DNA of 64,000 nucleotides. Source: Actinomycetota bacterium. Its GTDB lineage: Bacteria; Actinomycetota; Thermoleophilia; RBG-16-64-13. Below are positions 56,336-64,000 of the stretch, piece by piece. The notes beneath the pieces are model-generated. The model ran no database searches and had not been told where the DNA came from. It saw nothing but the letters and a program-made list of their open reading frames with translations. Positions within the stretch are counted from its first letter, which is position 1; the number at the start of each line of letters is the position of its first letter. The position numbers were made by a program, and so were the translations under genes. The stretch is from assembly GCA_012514635.1 (NCBI GenBank), contig JAAYZX010000122.1, positions 3,449-67,448 on the forward strand, in the 5' to 3' direction.

Positions 56336-58129
56336 CTAACGGTAGAAGTAGAATTCCTCAGGGTAAGCCAAGTACCGTACGGGCAGCAAATTAGCCCATC
56401 CGTATTCCCGCGCCTCCCTCCCATCCATTTGCAATGCAAAGGCCTGTTCAGGTTTTGAATCGAGCCAGAACGTGAAGTTGGAGTACGGCGTAAGCGGGTG
56501 GGTTGACGCCGGGAATCCGTAATTGAACCAGCCCCCATCGATCATCCAAAACTTCAGGTTCATGCCCGAGGGACAAGCGTCAAACATGGACTGGGTATCC
56601 GCAAGAGTAGGCAGTCTCCAGTTCTTCCAACCCGATCCAGTACCATTCAGAGTATCTGTAATGATGCTTACGGCGGTGTTCTTTTCCATGGGGCTGCGAG
56701 TCTTGAACACATTGGAATCCAGCATGATGTCGTCGTACACAGACCCCGTCCCCCTTACTATGTAGAAACCGGGATTCACTGTACGAGGAAAAAGAGCCTG
56801 CTGGGCCTGTTTGCTGACAACGTAATCATCGAACTCTTTCGCTAAGGTCTCAATCGTATAATCCCTATAGTGCATATACTCGATGACTAGTTCTTCCTGG
56901 ATAGCCTGTATATCCATCCAGTAATTATACATGGCATACTGAGCATCAGAAGCAGCGGTGTTGAAGAAGTGATAAGAACCGGCTACCGCTCGACTCCAGC
57001 TCTTGATAAGACCACCATCGGCAAACCCGATACCCAGCATCGCGTTACTGATCTGGTTTTTCCCAGGCATGATGTGGTTATTGATTAAGTTGTAGATATC
57101 GTCAATCTGGCTCTGCGGTGCGGGCGACGGTGAGGCGGCCAGCGATGTTAGTAGACCATGGGCAGTCTGTATGGCACTGACCTGCGCCCCCAGGCCGGCG
57201 GCGAGCACGTTGTAGTTAGTGCTGGCCAGCTGATTCTGAAGGCTTGATATCTGCGCCGATATCTCTTCTATGCGCAGGGAGACGTCCTTCAGGAGCTGCA
57301 GCGTCTCGTCGGCGACCGTCATGCCTAGACCGGCTTGGTTGAGTATCCAGCCGACGCCGGAGTCCGGATATCGGACCCCGATCTCATGGGCGAGCATTGA
57401 GCCGAGTTTGACCGCGATGTTCAGCGAACCGGTAACTCGCGGCGGCGAGATCAGTGCCTCCGAGCGGATGAGCAGAGCAGCCGCTTGAGCACGCCACAGG
57501 TTGGAGAGGGGTTTCAGGCTGCTATCGTGATCACCCTTCGCGATGCCGTGCTCGAAGGCCAAGGCCAGCTCGGGCTTCAGACCGGCGGAGATACTCGCGG
57601 CGTCGCTGAAGTTGCCCAGGAGACTGTCCACGTCACCAGGAATATACATGGTGGCAAGATCGGAACCCAAGACCGACGCAGCGCGCCGAGAAATAATACC
57701 GATGGCCTCCTCCCGGGTGATGGGGTCATCGGGGTTGAATGTGGTCGAAGTGACGCCATTGACCAAACCGGCCGCTTTGGCGCCCTCTATGTAGCCATAG
57801 TAGAGATCGTCCCTAGGAACATCCGCAAAACTGGGGGTCTCCGGATTCGACTCTCCAAGTCTGAAGGCCGTCATGGCCATCTTGGTGAACTGAGCGCGGG
57901 TGATATCGGCCCAGGGCTTCCACGCCCCGTTGAAACCCTCAGATATGCGCGCGACCTGCTCTTCTGTGACACCATACTCTGTCATCACCGACTCGGGCAA
58001 GTCGCTCCACTGACCGCCGAGCGCGGCATTAGATATGCCAAGAACCAGAACAACAGCCATCAACATCACCAGGGTTAGTTGCACTGCGCGTTTCTGCACG
58101 CCTCCACCTATCCTCTCGTAGGGTGTCAA
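56336..58129 (-). CDS. Surface protein with N-terminal signal/TM, SLH (S-layer homology) repeats and C-terminal DUF1566 (Lcl C-terminal) domain
   Basis: SLH motif FADVPRDDLYYGYIEGAKAAGLVNGVTSTTFNPDDPITREEA, and a C-terminal WKNWRLPTLADTQSMF typical of DUF1566. Confidence 0.75.
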   Translation of the reverse strand: MTPYERIGGGVQKRAVQLTLVMLMAVVLVLGISNAALGGQWSDLPESVMTEYGVTEEQVARISEGFNGAWKPWADITRAQFTKMAMTAFRLGESNPETPSFADVPRDDLYYGYIEGAKAAGLVNGVTSTTFNPDDPITREEAIGIISRRAASVLGSDLATMYIPGDVDSLLGNFSDAASISAGLKPELALAFEHGIAKGDHDSSLKPLSNLWRAQAAALLIRSEALISPPRVTGSLNIAVKLGSMLAHEIGVRYPDSGVGWILNQAGLGMTVADETLQLLKDVSLRIEEISAQISSLQNQLASTNYNVLAAGLGAQVSAIQTAHGLLTSLAASPSPAPQSQIDDIYNLINNHIMPGKNQISNAMLGIGFADGGLIKSWSRAVAGSYHFFNTAASDAQYAMYNYWMDIQAIQEELVIEYMHYRDYTIETLAKEFDDYVVSKQAQQALFPRTVNPGFYIVRGTGSVYDDIMLDSNVFKTRSPMEKNTAVSIITDTLNGTGSGWKNWRLPTLADTQSMFDACPSGMNLKFWMIDGGWFNYGFPASTHPLTPYSNFTFWLDSKPEQAFALQMDGREAREYGWANLLPVRYLAYPEEFYFYR

Positions 58130-58508
58130 GAGTTCCAGCTACAGTCACGCCGGTCGGTTGTGTCTTGGATGCAGCGCAGACCAACACCCCCCTTGCTCGG
58201 GGTGGAAGGCCACCGAGAGTGCCCCATTCCAACTCGTCGCCGGGGCTCACTGTTCAAGATTCATGGTATTCGAAAATTGGACGGACCTCAAGTGGACCTC
58301 TCAGTCTATTTTTCACGGCCCGGCCCTGACAATTTCCGGCCACCTTGGTCGGATACGGCACGGCAGAACAGAGGGCCACAGCGCTATCGCCCGGCGATGT
58401 TTCCCTGCTCTATTTGGAAGCCATGTGGTGAAGCGTGTCCGGGTTCAAAACATACAATCCGTACACTGAACTTCGCGACGTCCCCATCCGCCGACGCGAT
58501 GTTTTCGT

Positions 58509-60527
58509 TCAGATCCGTTCCCTACTGCCTCTCACGCCGGCGGCCTCGCGCGTCAGTTCCTTGAGTTCGTCCCGAAGAGTGGCGGCATACTCGAACCTCA
58601 ACTCCTCGGCGGCTGCAAACATCTCTTCTTCGAGTGTAGCCATCAGTCTCTCGAGCTCCTCCAGCGTCATCTCCTGTCCGGTTTCGCTCAGGCGACGCTT
58701 GGCTTTGTGCGGTGTGGTACGTATCTCCTCGATGCCTAGAAGCGCCGTGATATCGGAGACGCCCTTGACCACCGATCGGGGAGTGATGCCGTGTCGCTCG
58801 TTGAAGACGATCTGCGCCGCCCGTCGCCGATCGGTCTCGCGTAGAGCAGTCCGCATGGCCTCCGTCTCTTTGTCGGCGTACATGATCACGGTACCTTCGA
58901 TGTTGCGTGCCGCTCGGCCGATGGTCTGAATGAGAGAGGTGGCGCCACGCAGGAAGCCTTCCTTGTCGGCGTCGAGGATGGCCACCAGCGACACCTCGGG
59001 CAGATCCAGCCCCTCACGCAGCAAATTGATGCCAACCAGAACATCGAACTCGCCCAAGCGCAGCTCGCGCACGAGCTTGATGCGCTCGAGCGTGTCCACC
59101 TCGGAGTGTAGATAGCGTGTGCGAAAACCCATGTCCAGCAGGTAGTCGGTGAGGTCCTCGGCCATCTTCTTGGTAAGAGTGGTGACGAGCACCCGCTCCT
59201 GTCGATCGACACGGTGGCGGATCTCGTTCATGAGGTCGTCGACTTGGTTGCGGGTGCGCCGCACTTCTACACGTGGCTCCACCAGCCCCGTGGGCCGCAC
59301 CAACTGCTCCACCACCTGCGCCGAGTTCTGGAGTTCCCAATCCCCCGGCGTAGCCGAGACGAACACCGCCTGCGGTACCTTGGCGATAAACTCGTCGAAG
59401 CGGAGCGGCCGGTTGTCGAGCGCCGAGGGCAATCGAAAACCGTTCTCGATGAGCGCGATTTTGCGACTGCGATCCCCCCGGTACATGCCGTGGAGCTGCG
59501 GTACGGTCATGTGCGACTCGTCAATGAGCACCAGAAAATCCTCGGGGAAGTAGTCAAGGAGGGTGTGCGGCGGCTCACCCGGCCCCCGCCCATCGAGGTG
59601 GCGCGAGTAGTTCTCAATCCCGCTGCAGTAGCCGATCTCGCGCAGCATCTCCATGTCGTACCGCGTGCGCTGACGCAGGCGGAACGCTTCCAACTGCTTA
59701 CCTTCGGCCTCCAGCTCGCCTAGACGCTGCTCCAACTCGGTCTCGATATCGCTCAGCACCCGCTCCATGACGCCCTGCTCGGTGACGAAGTGGGTGGCCG
59801 GATAAACGGCCACGTTCTGCAACCGGGCCACCACGCGGTTGGTGACGGGATCCACCTTCACGATCTCTTCCACCTGATCGCCCCACAGACTCACGCGGAC
59901 GGCCAGGTCCTCGTAGGCGGGCCAAATCTCGAAAGAGTCGCCACGTACACGAAACTTACCGCGCGCGAAGCCCACGTCGTTGCGCTCGTACTGGATGGCC
60001 ACTAAACGCCGCAGGACTTCGTCCCGGTCCACCTCGGCGCCCTCGCGCAGCATCACCACTTGAGCCAGATACTGCTCCGGCGAGCCCAGCCCGTAGATGC
60101 AGGAGACCGAGGCCACAATCACCACGTCGTCGCGGGTGAGGAGACTGCTGGTTGCTGAGTGGCGTAAGCGGTCGATCTCCTCGTTGATGGAGGAGTCCTT
60201 TTCGATGTACGTATCGGTGGCGGCGATGTAGGCTTCGGGTTGGTAATAGTCGTAGTAAGAGACGAAGTATTCCACGGCGTTCTCGGGCAGGAACTCGCGG
60301 AACTCGTTGCACAACTGAGCGGCCAAGGTCTTATTGTGGGCGATCACCAGGGTGGGTTTGGCCGCCGCCGCTATGAGGTTGGCCATGGTGAAGGTCTTGC
60401 CGGAGCCGGTCACGCCCAGCAGTGTCTGAAAGCGATCCCCCTTGCGCACGCCCTCAACCAGAGCCGCTATGGCTTCTGGCTGATCTCCCCGGGGTACGTA
60501 GTCGGCTTCAATCCGAAACTCAGCCAT
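58509..60527 (-). CDS. uvrB: Excinuclease ABC subunit B
   Basis: [13 protein letters not shown] Walker A, and the UvrB interaction and C-terminal UVR domains. Confidence 0.95.
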   Translation of the reverse strand: MAEFRIEADYVPRGDQPEAIAALVEGVRKGDRFQTLLGVTGSGKTFTMANLIAAAAKPTLVIAHNKTLAAQLCNEFREFLPENAVEYFVSYYDYYQPEAYIAATDTYIEKDSSINEEIDRLRHSATSSLLTRDDVVIVASVSCIYGLGSPEQYLAQVVMLREGAEVDRDEVLRRLVAIQYERNDVGFARGKFRVRGDSFEIWPAYEDLAVRVSLWGDQVEEIVKVDPVTNRVVARLQNVAVYPATHFVTEQGVMERVLSDIETELEQRLGELEAEGKQLEAFRLRQRTRYDMEMLREIGYCSGIENYSRHLDGRGPGEPPHTLLDYFPEDFLVLIDESHMTVPQLHGMYRGDRSRKIALIENGFRLPSALDNRPLRFDEFIAKVPQAVFVSATPGDWELQNSAQVVEQLVRPTGLVEPRVEVRRTRNQVDDLMNEIRHRVDRQERVLVTTLTKKMAEDLTDYLLDMGFRTRYLHSEVDTLERIKLVRELRLGEFDVLVGINLLREGLDLPEVSLVAILDADKEGFLRGATSLIQTIGRAARNIEGTVIMYADKETEAMRTALRETDRRRAAQIVFNERHGITPRSVVKGVSDITALLGIEEIRTTPHKAKRRLSETGQEMTLEELERLMATLEEEMFAAAEELRFEYAATLRDELKELTREAAGVRGSRERI

Positions 60528-60603
60528 TCCCGCTATCTCACCTGCCGTTTCGCCCCCACCCGCCTGCCTGCTCCCATCTGATCACCCATAAATCTCCAAA
60601 CAA

Positions 60604-61242
60604 CTAAATGTTCGGGTAGATGCGGGCGTACAGATCACGGTAGCGCAGTACCCGTTGTACAAAGTCGCGGGTGTCCGGATACGGTATGGCTGTTGGCTCC
60701 AGCCTTCCGTCCCCAGTGTCGTCTGCACAAGACAGCCACATGTCGACCACACCCTGTCCTGCATTGTACGCAGCCAGAGCGGTCACCATGTCGTGCCCGT
60801 AGAGGCTGAGCAGAAAACGCAGGTAGTAACACCCCAGGACAAGGTTGTCTTCTACCGCCGTCAAATCGGGCCGCTCCGGCCCCGCCCAGTCCGCACGGCT
60901 CACAATCCACTGGGCCGTATCCGGCATCAACTGCATCAGACCCACCGCGCCCACTTTGGATACGGCGCCGCGTTGAAATCCACTCTCTGCTTTGACCACG
61001 GCCATCACTAGGTGGGGGTCCAAATCATGACACGCAGCCGCTGCGGCAATCTCACCCGTATAGGCAACGGGATTGACCCAACGCGCCACGCCCGGCGGAA
61101 GAACCATACGTGAAGCCCAACCAACCCCAAACAACAACAGGAAGGTAAGGGCAAGCAGAAGCAGCGCCAGCCGCACGCCACCTTTCTCGCATGAAATCGC
61201 TCGTTGCGCCCGAGCCGGCTGCGACGCCGCGCAATCCACCAA
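60604..61242 (-). CDS. Lytic transglycosylase (SLT domain) with N-terminal membrane anchor
   Basis: AESGFQRGAVSKVGAVGLMQLMPDTAQW. Confidence 0.8.
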   Translation of the reverse strand: MVDCAASQPARAQRAISCEKGGVRLALLLLALTFLLLFGVGWASRMVLPPGVARWVNPVAYTGEIAAAAACHDLDPHLVMAVVKAESGFQRGAVSKVGAVGLMQLMPDTAQWIVSRADWAGPERPDLTAVEDNLVLGCYYLRFLLSLYGHDMVTALAAYNAGQGVVDMWLSCADDTGDGRLEPTAIPYPDTRDFVQRVLRYRDLYARIYPNI

Positions 61243-61259
61243 ATCCAGAGCCTTGGACT

Positions 61260-61928
61260 CTAGAACGAAGCTTTCTCAGACGCTCCTGTCGACGACTTGG
61301 CGCCGGCCATAGTCAAAGCCCGATCGTAGACCATGCGTACAAAGTAGCGTAGCTCATTGAGACCGGCGTCGTTGGTGAAGTGCATATCGGCGGATGCAAT
61401 TCGCTGACCGGTGGTCAAACGTCTTTTCTCCAGCACCTGCATAGCTTTGTCGTCGAACCGTTGAGACAGTCTCTTCTGGCGTACCCCGAACGGAGCCTCG
61501 ATAGTAACGACCAAATCATAGCCCCGCTGAAAACCACCCTCAATCAGCAGCGGTGACTCAATAACTACAACAGATCCGGCAGGGGTGGTTTCCATCAGGC
61601 GAATACGTTCTTGGGTGATCAGTGGCGAGACAAGATTCTCCAGCCATTTCAGTCCATCAGGAAATTGACCGGCCTTCCTCAATAGGCGCTTGCGATCGAT
61701 TTCTCCATCAACGTTGAAGATCTCGTCCCCAAACTTGTGTGCCAACATTTCCTTGACATCTGGCCGGCGATACAACTCATGCACAAACTCGTCCGCCGAG
61801 AAGGTCTCCGCTCCAAGCTCCTGGAACATTCCGAGCGCCGTTGTCTTGCCCGCGCCGATTCCGCCGGTGAGACCGACGACGACCGCCCTCTCGCGGATCT
61901 CTTTGAGTCCCGACCCACTCGTCATCAT
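61260..61928 (-). CDS. coaE: Dephospho-CoA kinase
   Basis: VVGLTGGIGAGKTT P-loop. Confidence 0.9.
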   Translation of the reverse strand: MMTSGSGLKEIRERAVVVGLTGGIGAGKTTALGMFQELGAETFSADEFVHELYRRPDVKEMLAHKFGDEIFNVDGEIDRKRLLRKAGQFPDGLKWLENLVSPLITQERIRLMETTPAGSVVVIESPLLIEGGFQRGYDLVVTIEAPFGVRQKRLSQRFDDKAMQVLEKRRLTTGQRIASADMHFTNDAGLNELRYFVRMVYDRALTMAGAKSSTGASEKASF

Positions 61929-62064
61929 GTGCTGACCCTCCCCACGAAGTTACCCCTCCATGCGGACACGCATCACCCAGCCGACTCCGCCGCTGCACAC
62001 AAGAGGGCGCACGCGGCGCCCTCTCTCGCTACGTTGCACTTCTTATACCCTACCGCAGACTTTC

Positions 62065-63408
62065 CTATTCGTCGGCCTGCTCCTCAGATGCAACGTCAGA
62101 CTCTACAGCCTCCGCTGGCTCATCCGTCGCTTCCGCAACCGGTTCTGCCTCTAGTTCGTCACCTTCGACAACATCGGTTGCATCGTCATAACCGGACTCC
62201 GCGTAGACGCCCTCAGGAGCGTACTCCTGGCCCTCGTCTTCCGCCTCAGCTTCTTCTTCCACCAAAGCATCCTCGTGGATACGATACTCCGGCTCCAGAC
62301 GTTTCAAACTGAGCGACAGACGACGACGGTCCGGATCCAACTCGATAATCTTGACGTTGATCTCTTGTCCCACCCGCAGGATCTCGGACGGTTCTTCCAC
62401 GTGATGATTGGCCAGTTCCGAAATGTGAATGAGACCTTCAACGCCCTCTTCGATTTCAACGAAGGCGCCGAACGACACGAGTTTGGTGACCCGACCATGA
62501 ACGATCTCATTGACCTGCCGGTTCTCGAATACTTCCTGCCACGGGTCCTTCTGAGTCTGCTTGAGCCCCAAGGAGATGCGTTGGCGATCCCGGTCAATAT
62601 CCAAAACTTTGACCGTCACTTCTTGGCCGATGCTGAGCACCTCGGACGGATGGTTGACGTGACTCCAAGACAGCTCCGAGATATGAATTAGACCATCAAT
62701 GCCATCGAGATCAACGAAGGCACCAAAGTCCACAATGTTGGAGACGGTTCCTTTGACCAGATCTCCCACATTCATGCTGTCAAGAATCTGCTCGCGCACG
62801 CCGCGGCGCTCCTCTTCCAACACTGCGCGTCGGCTGAGCACTACGTTGTTGCGAAAACGATTCAGCTCAATTACCCGGCACTGGAGCGCCTTTCCGAGAA
62901 ACTCATCCAGATCTGCTACGCGTCGGATGTCCACCAGCGAAGCCGGCAGGAACCCGCGTACGCCTAGATCGAGGATAAGCCCACCCTTGACGACCTCAAT
63001 GACGGTACCTTCGACTGGAGTGCCTTCTTCTGCCGCCTTCTCGATACGTTGCCACGCCCTCTCGAAGCGGGCCCGTTTCTTGGAGAGGATGAGCCGGCCG
63101 TCGGCATCCTCCTTGGTAAGCACAAGGGCGTCGACCACGTCTCCCATGGCCACTTCGTCGCCAGGATCGACGGACTTCTTGATGGACAGCTCATTTGCGG
63201 GAATCACTCCCTCGCTCTTGTAGCCGATGTCCACCAGGACCTCGTCCTTGTCCACTCTGACCACGGTGCCTGTGACAATGTCTCCTTCTTCAAAGGTCAC
63301 CAGAGTGGCGTCGTAGTTGGGGACCATCTTCCCTTCAACCTCGATCATGAGGTCTTGGCCCCCCTGAAGCGTTTGCGTGCTGTCGTCGAGTTGTTGATCT
63401 GGCATGTA
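62065..63408 (-). CDS. rpsA: 30S ribosomal protein S1
   Basis: Four S1 repeats (GTVVRVDKDEVLVDIG..., GTVIEVVKGGLILDLG..., GTVSNIVDFGAFVDL..., GRVTKLVSFGAFVEI...) and an acidic C-terminus. The start is set at ATG 63408 with a GAGGAGG SD, because the ORF-track start at 63573 adds 55 aa. Confidence 0.9.
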   Translation of the reverse strand, partial: YMPDQQLDDSTQTLQGGQDLMIEVEGKMVPNYDATLVTFEEGDIVTGTVVRVDKDEVLVDIGYKSEGVIPANELSIKKSVDPGDEVAMGDVVDALVLTKEDADGRLILSKKRARFERAWQRIEKAAEEGTPVEGTVIEVVKGGLILDLGVRGFLPASLVDIRRVADLDEFLGKALQCRVIELNRFRNNVVLSRRAVLEEERRGVREQILDSMNVGDLVKGTVSNIVDFGAFVDLDGIDGLIHISELSWSHVNHPSEVLSIGQEVTVKVLDIDRDRQRISLGLKQTQKDPWQEVFENRQVNEIVHGRVTKLVSFGAFVEIEEGVEGLIHISELANHHVEEPSEILRVGQEINVKIIELDPDRRRLSLSLKRLEPEYRIHEDALVEEEAEAEDEGQEYAPEGVYAESGYDDATDVVEGDELEAEPVAEATDEPAEAVESDVASEEQADE

Positions 63409-63547
63409 GGTTCCGTTCCTCCTCAACAGAGTTGCGCTCGGGAAGGCCGTCTCACCCCGCGCACTGCACACAAGTATACCCTTGCTCTGAATAAAATGAA
63501 AAGTACCCATGAAAAGCAAACATGGATATGTTGCACAGAGCTTCCAT

Positions 63548-64000
63548 CTACTTGGCGGCCAGCCAATTCTCACCTATTCCCGCGTCTACTCCCAGCGGCG
63601 GATTCAGCGGATGCGCATCGACCATTTCAGCCACCACCACATCGCGAACTCTTTCGGCTTCATCTGCCGGCACTTCGATCAGCAACTCGTCGTGAATCTG
63701 AAGTACCAAACGCGCATTGGGGAACTCGCGCCTCAAACGACTATGGCACCGGTTCATGGCCACTTTGATAATGTCGGCGGCACTACCTTGGATTACGCTG
63801 TTGACCGCTAACCTCTCCCCCAAAGAACGCCTCTGGAAGCTACCGTCCTGTAGCTCAGGGATGGGGCGTCGCCGTCCCAGCATGGTGGCCACAAACCCTT
63901 GGGCTTTCGCTGCTGCAATAGTGCCATCGATGAAGGAACGAACCCTGGGCAATCGTTCAAAGTAGCGCTCTATATATTGAGCGGCTTCCTCTCGCTCGAT
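63548..64000 (-). CDS. polA: DNA polymerase I, C-terminal end of the polymerase domain (5' part outside the window)
   Basis: QIHDELLIEVP and VIQGSAADIIK (Pol I motifs B/C region). The frame stays open to the window edge. Confidence 0.85.
   Translation of the reverse strand: MEREEAAQYIERYFERLPRVRSFIDGTIAAAKAQGFVATMLGRRRPIPELQDGSFQRRSLGERLAVNSVIQGSAADIIKVAMNRCHSRLRREFPNARLVLQIHDELLIEVPADEAERVRDVVVAEMVDAHPLNPPLGVDAGIGENWLAAK

Noticed and set aside
1-64000. CRISPR arrays, IS elements, integrases, prophage genes, tRNA/rRNA/tmRNA/SRP RNA
   Set aside because: No regularly spaced direct repeats, transposase or integrase motifs, or tRNA-like cloverleaf sequences were found in any intergenic gap. The only tandem repeats are the 19-bp and 18-bp two-copy duplications noted above.

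Overview
This is a high-GC (roughly 63-65%) bacterial chromosomal segment with essentially no mobile DNA, no CRISPR array and no tRNA or rRNA genes. Almost all genes are on the minus strand. The backbone is housekeeping: RNase R, prmA, the hrcA-dnaJ heat-shock pair, hemW, lepA, murJ, rpsT, holA-comEC-comEA, leuS, and the uvrB-slt-coaE-rpsA-polA block at the right edge (polA is partial). Together with several anaerobe-type enzymes, this gene order suggests an anaerobic high-GC Gram-positive such as a Coriobacteriia-like actinobacterium; that is an inference, not a database result. Other recognisable genes include rubrerythrin, two tandem universal stress proteins, an ABC-F ATPase, an ABC-2 exporter pair, futalosine-pathway mqnD-mqnB fused to a 2-oxo-acid dehydrogenase E1alpha-E1beta-E2 operon, acetyl-CoA synthetase, an acyl-CoA ligase, a Mug glycosylase next to a Pif1-like helicase, and a beta-CASP ribonuclease. 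The most interesting region is a tightly packed seven-gene minus-strand operon at 46.7-56.0 kb. It couples a Mop-type molybdenum aldehyde oxidoreductase and a fused flavin/Fe-S/CCG oxidoreductase to a cassette of five genes with no assigned function (small 4-Cys zinc-ribbon protein, SAM methyltransferase, C_GCAxxG_C_C protein, zinc-ribbon radical SAM enzyme, PaaK-like ligase). Secondary observations are a molybdopterin-oxidoreductase gene remnant broken by a 19-bp tandem duplication, a DEAD-box-like protein with degenerate helicase motifs but an intact DbpA RNA-binding domain, a membrane/toastrack/secreted protein trio, an SLH plus DUF1566 surface protein, and several palindromes, hairpins and untranslated gaps.
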